The position numbers and the translations under genes were made by a program. DNA of 64,000 bases from Leucoraja erinacea. Its lineage: Eukaryota. Numbering within the stretch: position 1 is the stretch's first letter; each line of letters opens with the position of its first letter. The notes under the pieces were generated by a model, which was given only the letters and a program-made list of their open reading frames with translations, did not search any database and had not been told where the DNA came from. Location: contig NC_073406.1 of NCBI RefSeq assembly GCF_028641065.1, forward strand, positions 6,324,001 to 6,388,000, given 5' to 3'. Of this stretch, positions 1 through 12,685 are shown in pieces.

Positions 1-907
1 CAACCTTGGCTTTCTATGATCTCCCCTCTACCCAAGTTACCATTTCAATATCCTCGTGACACAATTCTTTGGACCTTTTTGATTCCCTTCATTTCTTTCC
101 CTCCCTAATTTCACCTTACTTTCTCTCCCCTCTTCCTTATCCCATGGCCTTTAGCAGCACCCCTTTCTTTGCCACCCTCTCCATTATTTGCCCTCCTTTC
201 CCAATTCCATAATTCCTTGTTTCTCCCTATGTTTCCCCTTCGTAATCCTCCTGTCTCTTTCCCTGTCTGCACCTGTAGCATCCACCCACTCTTCCTCCAT
301 GCTTATCTGAATATGGGATAGTTGTGAACTTTGTACTGTGCAAAATGGAATCTGTAGATTCAGTATCTCCAAGGGGAAGTACCTGGACATTGGAAGTTGA
401 GAAGTGTTCCATAACTTTGAAGGCATAAAAGGGTTAATTCAGTTTTGCTGTGTACATTTGCCGTTCTTGATGAAGGTGGCGCAATCACAAAGCAGAAAAG
501 GTGCCAGCAAAAGCATAAACCTTATCACAGAGTGGAGCAATAATTATTCTCCCTCAGGGCAGACTTTGAAATTTATGACGGAACTATCATGATTAAAGAA
601 CTGCACAATGTCCTGCTGACAGCTGGGAGGATCTGGCACTGACACGTGCCAGGGTTGCATTCCATTTACTTAACTCAGCCTGTAAACGAGGGCACTCTGT
701 ATTGTTCACGGAAGGGATAGGTTCAATTTAGCCCAAAGATGCAGGCAACAGATTAAGAAACACGACACCTAAAAATAAAAAAAAATCTGAATATGCTGTA
801 GTTACATAATAGGCCTGTGAGCTTCGTGAGCAGTAAAACAAGGGTAGACACAAAAAGCTGGAGTAACTCAGCGGGCCAGGCAGCATCTCTGGACAGAAGG
901 AATGGGT

Positions 908-935
908 GATGTTTCGGGTCGAGACCCTTCTTCAG
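908..935 (-). ncRNA. Minimal hammerhead ribozyme core (Penelope-type), CpG-mutated helix III
   Basis: Minus strand reads CTGAAGA-A-GGGTC-TC-GACCC-GAAA-CATC. Confidence 0.5.
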
Positions 936-1429
936 ACAGGTTAGGGATAAGGGAAAAGAGAGATATAGACGGTGATGTGGAGAGATAAAGAAGAATTAAT
1001 AAAAGATATGCAAAATAAGTAACGATGATAAAGGAAACAGGCCATTGTAAGCTGTTTGTAGGTGAAAATGAGAAGCTTGTGCAACTTGGGTGGGGGAGAG
1101 ATAGAGAGAGAGAGGGAATGCCGGGGCTGCCTGAAGTGAGAAAAATCAATATTCATATACCACTGGGCTGTAAGCTGCCCAAGCGAAATATGAGATGCTG
1201 TTCCTCAAATTTACGTTTAGCCTCACTCTGAAAATGGAGGAGGACAAGGAAAAAAGGTCTGTGTAGGAATGGGAAGGAGAATTAAAGTGTCCAGCAACCA
1301 GGAGATCAGGTTGTCCCACTTCAGGTAGCCCCGGCATTCACTCTCTCTCTCTCTCTATCCCTCTATCCCTCACCCACCCAAGTCGCACGAGCTTCTCATT
1401 TTCACCTTAAAAACAGCTTACAATTGACT

Positions 1430-2510
1430 AATAATTTAATAATAATTTATTTGTCATTCGAACATATAACTATACATTTGAACGAAATGTCGTTTCTCAC
1501 GGGGTTATGCTAGGTGCATAGCATTTGATATTGATGTAAGGTGCCAGTGTGTATTAGGTGAGGTGAGTTTGGGGGGGTGGCGGGGGGGGGGTGTTCATCA
1601 TTCTAGCAGCCAGGGGGAAGAAGCTGTTGCACATCCTGGTGGTGCTGGTCCTTGATGCTCCGGTATCTCATGCCGGACTGCAGAGGGGCAAAGAGTCCAT
1701 GGGAGGGGTGGGAGGAGTCCTTAATAATGTTGGAGGCTCTTTGGAGGCATCTTTTGTTGAAAATGTCCAGAATGGATGGGAGAGACTCGCCGATGATGTT
1801 CTCCGCTGTCTTGACTAATCGCTGCAGGGTCTTCCTGCTTGGTGCGGTGCAGCTCCCGTACCAGACGATGATGCAGCTGGTCATGAGGCTCTCTATGGCA
1901 CCTCTGTAGAACATAGAGAGGATGGGTGGGGGAAGCCTCGCTCGTTTCAGCCTCCTGCTGAGCCCTCCTGGCAACGTGTGTAGTGTTGAGGAACCAGGCG
2001 CGGTGCACCCCTGGAATTTCCACCCTCTCCACGATGGAGCCATTGATAAGCAGAGGGGAGTGGGCAGCTAGTGTTCTCCTGAAGTCTACAATCATCTCTT
2101 TGGTCTTGGTGACGTTCAGAGACAGATTTGTTGTCTTCGCACCAGTTCACAAGCTGCGCCACTTCCTCTCTGTCGACAGTCTCATTGTTGTCTCTGATGA
2201 AGCCCATCACTGTAGTGTTATCTGCAAATTTGATCATTTGGTTGGTGTTGTGCTTGGCGGCACGGTCCTGGGTAAGTAGTGTGACTAGTAGTGGACTAAG
2301 CACACAGCCTTGGGTAGCTCCGGTGTTCAGGATGATGGTGTTTGAGGTGGTGTTGCCAACACGGACTGACTGTGGTTGATGTCTTAAGAAGTCCAGGATC
2401 CAGTTACAGAGGGGGGTATTGAGGCCGAACAGGGAGAGCTTCCCCACCAGCTTCTGAGGGATGATCATTTTGAATGCCGAGCTGAAGTCAATGAATAGCA
2501 TTCTAGTGTA
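1430..2510 (-). mobile_element. Rex1/Babar-type LINE, 5'-truncated RT (frameshifted)
   Basis: [50 protein letters not shown]; MIVDFRR; FYRGAIESLMTSCIIVWYG. Confidence 0.8.
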
Positions 2511-4229
2511 AGTGGACTTTTATTTCTTTATTTATTTGCTTATTTATTTATTTATTTTTAAGAGCCTGGTTCCTTTATCGGCATCACTTTTTTTGCATAT
2601 CTTTCATTCATTGTTATTTATTTCTCCACATCACCGTCTATATTTCCCTTTTCCCTTATCCCTAACCAGTCTGAAGAAGGGTCTTGACTCAAAACATCAG
2701 CCATTCCTTCTGTCCAGAGATGCTGCCTGGCCCGCTGAGTTATTCCAACTTTTTGTGTCTATCTTTGGTTTAAACCAACAACTACAGTTCCTTCTTACAC
2801 AGTAAAACAAGGGGTGAACAGAAGTAAATAATTCAGAGTCAATATTCTGGGCTAATAAAAGATGAAACAAAATGACACGGACTGGGAGTTAATTCTGTGG
2901 CAATGCAATGTTGCAAAATTTGGGGAAAGGACTTATCAATGCTGAACAAGGTTCATGTGCAAGTTTTAAGTCTAAGATGTGAATCATGATACCACAAAGT
3001 GCTATTTCAATAGATCTTTGCTGAAATTTGGAATGAGACAAGACATGTACCAGGGTGCCAGACGAGAAGGAACCCTGGTACATGTCTTGCTTCATTTTAC
3101 GGTCTAATCACTTTTACAAATCACCCAAGCAAGCAGCTGTTGATTAGTGGAGCATTTCAAAACATTGACTTTCTAGCAGGATGAGGTCAGGGTTTTATTT
3201 GATAGCATGTCAAGTCCAAACATGCTTGTTTTTATACACCTATCTACAGGATATAATAAAGGCAAATTTCCTGAGGACCTCCTTACAGTGTCCTAAAAAT
3301 ACCGCGCAGCTCTCCCTCTGTGAATATTGACACAGTTTCAGATATCCTCCTTAAGATTCTGTCACATCCACTTACACGGCCCAGGCATCCCTTATAAATA
3401 CTAACATACCAATGGGTATCATCGATAATGCCCGACATACGATTAGTCATCCCCTATTAATAATAACACAGCCTCAGCCAGTCCCAGCAAATATTGCCAA
3501 ACTCCTGGTCATCTCCTCGTAAATCCTGTACATTCAGTATCAGGATGTTGAGCTTAATGAAAGAGAGGTTGATGGAGAGTTGAGCAGATGTGCATTGTAA
3601 TGGATACGATGCTATGCGTGTAGAATGCCAGACTTAGTCACTGCAATGCAATGTAGGTGAGTGGGAAGTTGGATTGAGTGAGTAAAAGTCTGAGTGGAGT
3701 GAATTGAGCACGTAGGAATATTGGAAGGATGAGTGTCAGCGATTGATTCTTTCCCTTGATTATTTTCCAATTGGTTTCTTCTTTGAAACCATTACTTGTA
3801 ATAATTATTGGTGCATGATTGACATTGCATGGTATTGTTTCATGATGTATCTGCATAAAAGACAGCTTTGATCTCAGGTTATTAGCTATTTCTCCATTTG
3901 TTTTACCCCTGCAAGACATTTCATGCCATGAACGTCATCTGAAAGGCACTTTATAAGATGATTGATTTTATGGGTGAATGTTACATGTTCCTTCATGGAT
4001 TTTCTTGATCATTACCTACTGTTCATTGTTTTCCTGTTTTCTCTCTTTCTGAAGGGACAGTCTCTTGTTTAGCCTCTATCCATTGCTTTACCAGGTCAAT
4101 TTTTCACACCAGAGCCCAGTCTTTGGAATGTCAGAAGAACTTCCAGCTGTAGAGAATGCTGCAACACAGTCAAAGACCACCCTCATGCATACTTTTCAAT
4201 GGGAGTCCCTGTTCAGCAATCGTAATGCT

Positions 4230-4430
4230 GAATCTCATCTTTAAATGAGATACAAAACCAAGGGTTAATTTGTCCCCTCAGGACAGGGTAACATATTTTC
4301 CTGGTGGAATCAATATCAAGAAAACAGATCATCTGATCTGCCTCACGTTGATATTTGTTGAAGATTACTATGCACAGTTTGTTGCCACGTTCCTACATTG
4401 TAACTGTGACTGCATTCTTGATTAATTATA
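4230..4430 (+). mobile_element. Deu-domain SINE remnant (AmnSINE1/SacSINE1-like)
   Basis: aaaacagatcatctgatc...ttgccacgttcctacattgtaactgtgactgca resembles the conserved Deu domain (from memory of the consensus). Confidence 0.5.
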
Positions 4431-6295
4431 AAGAAACAAAGAACAATAGATGCTGGTTTATACCAAAGACAGACACAAAATGGTCTATAAACTGAGTGGG
4501 TCAGGCAGCATCTCTGGAGAAAAAGAATGGATGACGTTTCGGGTCAGGACTCTTCTTCTTCAGACTGAAAGTAGGGGGTGAGGTAAAGAACTGGAGGTGG
4601 GAAAATAGGACCAATAAGGGTGGTGCTCTGGTAGGCCCATTGTTGGCTAGGGAAGGTGTGATTTCAATGCAATACAATGTGGTGAACTGTGGAACTGGTT
4701 AAATGACTAGGGTGGAGGAAGGGGGCAAGGGAGAGGGAGGAGGGTTAGGGAATGAAGGTATAAATTACTTAGATAATCCAACCCTCTTGCATGGCATGGT
4801 TGGGAAGGAAGGAGCAAGGAGTCTAACTTTAATAGGATCTTTCTCTAGACAGAATGCGTGGAGCGCAGATTTCATCATAACAAACACCATCAGAGAAATA
4901 TCATCACCATCAAGATATCGTGGCAGCACTCCCAATCCAAGCACCTGCTGATAATATCATTGAACAGTCACATTATCCACACCATGACAGGTATCAATGA
5001 TTACTGGACATATTGCCTATTCCACTCTATTATCTTAGCTATCAAAATATCAGCATCAACAATTATAATCAATGTAATATATAATACATTTTATAAATGA
5101 ACTACATATAGAACAATTTGTATGAGCATACACTTGGCAATATAAATAATTTACAATAAAAGATTAAATAGAAGCAAGCAATGCATTAAATAAAAAATAC
5201 TCATTATTCTTGCTAACCTATTTTATATAATTGCATTCTGTAAAAGGACAGTAGATATATGGATATACAAACTATAAACACACTACATATAAAAACAATG
5301 GGTGGATTCTTGTTTTGAACAATGACATTTGATGTTTGATTATCATATATTTTCTGCAAAACTCACAGTTTTTTATTAGATCCTTTCAATTTGATGATTC
5401 TGTGCTCCACATATTTTTTAGCTGTCACAGGATCAAGTCTCTGAAGGTTTTACTTCCCTGGATTACAGCATCACCAAATGACCTTTAGTTTGTTCAATGA
5501 ATGTGGAGGTGTTTACAATGAGTCCAATGTTAGTCATTGATTTAAAGGAAATGACTGTGTCTCGAGTTTAACAAAAATGCCTCACTCCCAGTTTTGTGTA
5601 CAGGCTGGTTACATGAGTCACTGTTACTGAGAGGGAACTGCATTCCCATGGCTCCATCTAGTGCTTGTACCCATGTAGTGTACATTTCTATTCTGGACAC
5701 AATGGGCTAGAAATTAAAATACTGTTTTTATAATAGTAATGAATGAATAGGTTTAGGTTTATTATTGTCATGTTTACCAAAGTGAAACATCTTGTCTGTG
5801 TGCTTTCCAATCAATTCAGGCAGTACTATACATGAATACAATCAAGCCAAATTCAAGAACAAAAGGTAGAGCAAAAGAGAAAAATGCAGAGTGCAGAATG
5901 TAGTTGCCAGCATTGTAGGGTAACAGTTGAGAGAAAAAGTCTGCAGTCTGCAATGGGATAGTTTGGATATGTGAATTAGCAGCAGGAGGCGTAGGCCATT
6001 TACCCACTCGATCTTTCTCTTTGATTTAATAATGTCATGACTAATCTGACAGTAACCTCAGTTTAGCTCTCCTGCCTTTCCCAGCCAACATTTCACTTGC
6101 TCCCTTCTCAAAAATTCATCTACCTTCAGAAAAAAAGAAAAATCTCTGTTTCCAAATATTCATAACCTTTTGAGAGACAACAATTTACCAAATCTCTGCC
6201 TGAAAAATCAATGACATGCCCATATCTGTAACGGTGAGCAAAAAAATAAAACGGCTGGTAGAACTCAGCAGATCAGACAGCATCTGTGGAGGGAG

Positions 6296-7030
6296 GCACA
6301 AAAAGCTGGAGTAACTCAGCAGGACAGGCAGCATCTCTGGAGAGAAGGAATGAGTGATGTTTCGGGTTGCGACCCTTCTGCAGACTGGTTAGGATAAGGG
6401 AAACGAGAGGTATAGATGGTGATGTGAGGAGATAAAGAACAATGAATCAAAGATATGCAAAAATGTAACAATGATAAAGGAAACAGGCCATTGTAAGCTG
6501 TACGGTGAAAATGAGAAGCTAGTGCGACTTGGGTGGGGGAGGAATAAAGAGATAGTGAATGCCGAGGCCACCTGAAGTGAGAGAAATCAATATTCATGCC
6601 ACTGGGTTGTAGGCTGCCCTAGCGAAATTGGTGGTGAAGTTGATGAAGTCTATGAGTTCTGCATGGGTGCAGGAGGTAGCACCGATGCAGTCGTCAATGT
6701 AACGGACATAAGAGTTCGGGGATAGGGCCAGTGTATGCCCGGAACAGGGATTGTTCAACGTACCCTACAAAGAGGTAGGGCCCATGCGGGTGTCCATAGA
6801 TGTGCCTTGGACTTGGAGGAAGTGGGAGGAGTCAATAGAGAAGTTGGTGAGGGTGAGGACCAGCTCCACTAGGTGGAGTAGTGTGTTAGTTGAGGGAAAT
6901 TGGCTGGGTCTGTGTTCGAGGAAGAAACGGAGGGCTTTACGGCCTTCCTGGTGGGGGATGGAGGTGTAGAGTGACTGAACATCCATAGTAAAGATGAGGG
7001 AGTGGGGGGCTCGGACAGTGGAAGTCAAAG
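6296..7030 (-). mobile_element. Penelope-like element fragment (RT piece joined to 3' terminal repeat)
   Basis: LIFTMDVQSLYTSIPHQEG..LVELVLTLTNF..QGTSMDTRMGP and downstream YIDDCIG; terminal repeat with hammerhead-like core at ~6357-6385. Confidence 0.8.
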
Positions 7031-7632
7031 GGGAGGGAAATGGACAAAACCATTTATATTTCTCTCCACAAATGCTGCTTGGCCCACTAAGTTCATGAAG
7101 CAGTTTGTTTGTAACTCAAGATCTAGCTTTTGCAAAGTCTTGTAGTTTTCTCAGTAAGTGTGTGTCTTTCAGGGCTAAATCACATATCTTTGGCTACTTC
7201 TAGAATACCAAATATTTACCAGGATAACTTAAAAGTTGCCTCCGGACGAAGTCCCAGCCTATTGTACTAAATCAATGTTGGTTCCCTTTCAACTTTGTAA
7301 TCTGGTTGCTTCCCTTTGTGTACAGGCCCAGATGTCATCCCCAATATCCTGACAACCCTCCCATTTAAATCGACCACCCAAGCTTCCATGTCCCTAGCAC
7401 TAATCTTGTGATGCAGCCATCAAACCCCCTGACAAACACAAATCTCTGACAAGCCCCCTGCTCCACAGGCACTGACTCCAACATCCAATCCTCAACCCCC
7501 AATTACAATGCCATGGACCCAGACCAGCCCTGGCCAGGTCTCGGATCTTTGGTGCTGCCGAAGGGCACATATCGTTGGTGCTTCAGGTAGCAACATTTTA
7601 CCACATTTTTTATGAATGTAGATCCATATCTT

Positions 7633-7908
7633 AGACTTACACTTAGACATAGATCCTTTATTTGTCAATCAGACCTTTCGGTCTGAACAAAATGTCGTTG
7701 CCCGCAGCCATACATGTAATAATAAACAACAAAACACACAATAAACACAAATTAACATCCACCACAGTGAGTTCACCAGGCACCTCCACTGTGATGGAGG
7801 CAAAAATCTTAGGGTTACTGTCTCTTCCCTCCTCTTCTCCCTCTGCGCCTACGCGATACCCCACCGAGCGATGATAGTCTGTCCCGTGGCCCACCAAGCT
7901 CCGCGAAA
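7633..7908 (-). mobile_element. Short LINE-tail/SINE insertion with ATATCTT TSD
   Basis: atatctt at 7626-7632 and 7909-7915; short-repeat tail (acttag) and tttatt at the left end. Confidence 0.45.
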
Positions 7909-8699
7909 ATATCTTGGAAAATATAATGCCTTTCCTGTGTTCTCCCTTACGTATTTACTATTTGTTTTGCATTTTCTTCTGTAGGTGCTGAGTCTCACTG
8001 GTGTCCAATCCCCTCCCCTGAAGTTGCTGACTCTCCCTGGTGACCCGTCCTCTCCACTGAAGGTGTTGACTCTCACTATAGTTAAAATTATTTTTTTTCT
8101 TCCTAGAAAAATGTTTGGTATGAAATCTGATTATCTAATTTTGCTTCCTCCCACTGCAATGGGATGGTGCGCTCTGCCAAGTGGCATAATTGAACTAAAT
8201 TGATGTTCAATTCTTTCAATATTCAGCTGAGGTTTATCTATTCTGCACGATATTTGGTTGAATTTAACCTTTACCTTAACATTAAGGCTGATCAGATTTA
8301 TTGTGTGCAAGTCCATGTCCCAGACGAATACAGAGATCACTGTAACAGGCATGTGCTTCGAGCCCGGTGGAGGCATAATCTTTAAATGTTTTTTCTCCTC
8401 AAATAGCCAAAGGCTGTGCTGCACATTGAAGGGGGTGGTGAATTTTATCATTATTGTGTTCATTCCCTGAACGGTGCCTCCTGAGACACAGAGCGTGCTC
8501 CCTGATTTTCAGAGCATTCTCATGGGGTTCTTCATTGTTGGAGATAGGTATCGTACACCATGACCTTGAAGACTATAGTATATGGATGTTAAATGTTCAT
8601 CAATCAATTGCACAATTTGTTGCCTTCACTCACCAGTGCCACTTCCGTTCTGCACTCACCACATGTTCTGGTTGCACTGCTGTTGTTGTGGCTCTCGTT

Positions 8700-10625
8700 G
8701 TAGCCCTTTCAGGAGCCCTGCTGAGATATATGCAGCTTCCTTAGCCACACGTGAGCTGTCAGAGGATTGGAGGGTGGCAATTGTGCCTTTATTTCAGAAG
8801 GGCTGCAAAGAAAAACCTGGGAACTGGATAGACTGCACCCCAGGGTTCTGAAGGAGGTGGCTTTAGAGAATGTGGAGGCATTAATAGTGATCTTTCTAGA
8901 ATCACTAGAGTCAGTGGTAGTTCCAGACAATTGAAAAATTGCAAATATTACCCCGCTGTTACATAGAAACATAAAAAATAGGTGCAGGAGGAGGCCATTC
9001 GGCCCTTCGAGCCAGCACAAGAAGGGAGCAAAGCAGAAGTGGGAACTATAGACCGTTTAGCCTGACTTCAGTGGTTGGTAAGATTTTAGAGTCCATTATA
9101 AAGGATGAGGTTTCTGAGTTCTTCGAAGTTCATGACAAAATAGGTCGAAGTCAGCATGGTTTAGTGATGGGGAGATCTTGCCTGATGAATGGGTTGGAAT
9201 TCTTTGAGGAAATAAATAGCACGACAGACAAAGGAGAGTCAGTGAATGTTGTTTAACTAGATTTTTAGACAGCCTTTGATAAGGTGCCGCACGTGAGACT
9301 GCTAAAGAGGAATCCATGGTATCAAAGGGAAGATACTAGCATGGATAGCAGGTTGGCTGGATGGCGGAAGGCAAAGAGTGGCAATAAAGGGGGCTTTTTC
9401 TGGTTGGGTGCCAGTGACTAGCAGAGTTCTGCAGGTATCGGTGCTGGGGCCGTTACTCTTCACGTTGTATATCAATGATTTGGATGAGGGGATTGAAGGT
9501 TTTGTGGCCAAGTTTGCAGATGATACGAAGATAGCTGGGGGAGCAGATAGTATAGAGAAAGCAGGGACTCTGCAGAAGGACTTGGACAGGTTGACAGAGA
9601 AGTGGCAGATGGAATACAGCATAGTAAAGTGTGGAGTTATTTTGGTAGCAGGAATAAAGGTAGTGTGGCGCCACCATGTGGCCGAGATACTTTGGTCTCT
9701 ACCCGTTGTTCCTCGAGCTCGAGCTCATGCATGGACCTGCCATAATCTGGGCCAACTAATCAACCTCAATCTGGGTGAACAGCTGACGGGGTGCAGCAGA
9801 CGACGGAGCTAGTCTTTACTTCACAGTCAACACATTAACACACCTTGCCCTTTAGTACTAATTGTTTAAATATCGTTTAAATATTAAACTGAGTGTTTAT
9901 ACAACATGTGAACCTCTTCAGTAGACTATTTTCTAAATGGGAAGGGAATTCAGAAATCAGAGGTGCAAAAGGACTTGGGAGTGCTGGTGCAGGATTCCCA
10001 AAAAGTTAGTTTGCAAGTTGAATCGGTAATAAGGAAGGCAAATGCAATGCTAGCATTTATTTGGAGAGGATGATTATACAAAAACAGGGATGTAATGCTG
10101 AGACTTTATAAGACACAGGTTATATCACATTTGGAGTATTGTGAGTAGTTTTGAGCCCCATATCTGAGAAAGAATGAGCTCGCGCCGGAGAGGGTCCATA
10201 AGAGGTTTACGAGAATGATCCCAGGAATGAGTGGGTTAACATATGATGGCACTGGGCCTCCTGAAACTTACAGAATAGTAAAAGGCTGGGATTGAGTGGA
10301 TGAGGAGAGGATGTTTCCACTAGTGGGAGAGTCTAGGACCAGGGGTCATAGCCTCAGAATAAAAGGATGTTCCTTTAGGAAGGAGATGTGGAGTTAGTCA
10401 GAGGGTGGTGAATCTATGGAATTCATTGCCACAGAAGGCTGTGAAGGCCAATTGATATTTTTAAGGCAGAGATAGAATATTTATTGATTAATATGGGTGC
10501 CAAGGGTTATGGGGAGAAGGCAGGGGAGTGGGGTTGAGGGAGAGAGTTAGATCACCCACACTTGAATGGCGGAATAGACGATGAACTGAATGGCCTAATT
10601 CTGCTCTGATCACTTATGAACATGA
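8700..10625 (+). mobile_element. CR1 LINE, degenerate RT and 3' end, with small nested inserts
   Basis: VGKILESIIKD, SQHG, VLGPLLFTLYINDLDEGIEGFVAKFADDTK; tail gaatggcctaattctgctct...tatgaacatgaac. Confidence 0.85.
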
Positions 10626-11499
10626 ACTATAGACAAGTAAGTTTAACATCTCTTCAGGCACACCACTCGTCATGGGAATCTACTCTGAAAAACAGCCTTT
10701 CACCATCAAGCCAATTATGTATCCAATTAGCTAGAGTCTCCCTGGATCCCATTCGATTGAACTTTCCAAAGCAGCCACCTATACAAGCTGAACGCTACAT
10801 TGACTACATCTACTGCCATGTGCTCATCGACCTTCATGGTTACTTCAGAAAAAGTAATCAAATTTATGAGACATGATCTTCCACGCACAAAGCTGCACTT
10901 ACACGTCCTTGTCCTGCCTCTTTTCGCTTCCAGTTTTTTTCCCGTTCTTCCTACTACAATCAGTCTGAGGAAGGGTCACCTATCTATTTTCTCCAGAGGT
11001 GCTGCCAGACCTACCGAGCTAAACTTTGGCTAGAAGGCATGTTTTATTATCCTTGATTCATCTGGGAGCAATTCACTTAATTTAGCCCCTTGTCCCCAAA
11101 GTTTCATGAGTAGCGATTTGCAGAGTCAACTGGGATGTAACTATCTTTGTTCTGCCTAAATTTAGTACCCAGTTTTGATGCAGGATGATCAGTCTAGAAT
11201 AATTTGAATTCATTTAGAAACTGATCATTGGACACTGTGCTTTATGGCTGAAAATGAAAACATGGCAAATCTTTAATAATCTCATGGTTTGGGAAATTAT
11301 AAGCACTTCTGCATGTCAAATATTTATTAAATGTAGTTCTGCTATTACGTGTGTTTTCGTAATTAAAAGTTGACATTACGAGAGTAATGAATTCGGGAAC
11401 ATTTTGCATTACGTGGACCGAATTGGCTATAATATGATTTTGATCGTGAACGAAATAACCATTCAAAAGGATTTTGAATTGTCCTTGGTCAATTCGTCC

Positions 11500-12685
11500 C
11501 TTCCCACCCATACCACCCCCTCTCCGGGCACTTTCCCTTACAAACCGCAAGAAATGCTACACTTGTCGCTTTACCTCCCCCCTTGACTCCATTCAAGGAC
11601 CCAAGCAGTCTTTCCAGGTGCGGCAGAGGTTCACCTGCACCTCCTCCAACCTCATCTATTGCATCCGTTGCTCTTGATGTCAGCTGCTCTACATCGGCGA
11701 GACCAAGCGTAGGCTTGGCGATTGCTTCGTCGAACACCTCCACTCAGTTCGCAATAACCAACCTGATCTCCCGGTGGCTCAGCACTTCAACTCCCCCTCC
11801 CATTCCGAATCCGACCTTTCTGTCCTGGGCCTCCTCCACGGCCAGTGTGAGGACCACTGTAAATTGGAGGAGCAGCACCTCATATTTCACTTGGGCAGTT
11901 TGCACTCCAGGTATGAACATTAACCATATAACCATATAACAATTACAGCATGGAAACAGGCCATCTCGGCCCTTCTAGTCCGTGCTGAACACGTATTCTC
12001 CCCTAGTCCCATCTACCTGCACTCAGACCATAACCCTCCATTCCTTTCCCGTCCATATAACTATCCAATTTATTTTTAAATTATAAAATCGAACCTGCCT
12101 CCACCACCTTCACTGGAAGCTCATTCCACACAGCTACTACTCTCTGAGTAAAGAAGTTCCCCCTCATGTTACCCCTAAACTTCTGTCCCTTAATTCTCGT
12201 CATGTCCTCTTGTTTGAATCTTCCATACTCAGTGGGAAAAGCTTATCCACGTCAACTCTGTCTATCCCTCTCATCATTTTAAAGACCTCTATCAAGTCCC
12301 CCCTTAACCTTCTGCGCTCCAAAGAATAAAGACCTAACTTGTTCAACCTTTCTCTGTAACTTAGTTGCTGAAACCCAGGCAACATTCTAGTAAATCTCCT
12401 CTGTACTCTCTCTATTTTGTTGACATCCTTCTTATAATTAAGCGACCAAAATTGTACACCATACTCCAGACATTGACTTCTTATTTCAGGTAGTCCTTAC
12501 TTTCTTCTCCCTTACCTTCTCCCCCTCTCCCTCAGCCCACTGGCTCCACCTCTTCCTTTCTTCTTCCCGCTCCCCCACCTTCACATCAGTCTGAGGAAGG
12601 GTTTTGGCTCAAAATGTTGCCTATTTCCTTCACTCCGTAGATGCTGCATCACCCACTGAGTTTCTCCAGCACTTTTGTCTACTAA
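11500..12685 (+). mobile_element. Penelope-like element GIY-YIG endonuclease and 3' repeat, split by a CR1 insertion
   Basis: GPKQSFQVRQRFTCTSSNLIYCIRCS*CQLLYIGETKRRLGDCFVEH...VAQHFNSPSH; resumes after 12470 to the hammerhead-like terminal repeat. Confidence 0.85.
11922..12469 (-). mobile_element. Young CR1 3' fragment with (ATATGGTT)n tail
   Basis: MLPGFQQLSYRERLNKLGLYSLERRRLRGDLIEVFK; ACATT duplicated at 11917-11921 and 12470-12474. Confidence 0.85.

Larger units (their letters stand above)
845..2799. mobile_element. Penelope-like element remnant with two inverted terminal copies, 14-bp TSD, interrupted by a Rex-Babar LINE
   Basis: CAGTAAAACAAGGG at 831-844 and 2800-2813; minus copy 845-~1310 (GIY-YIG tail VAGHFNSPSH); plus copy ~1315-1425 resuming ~2565-2799. 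Confidence 0.75.
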
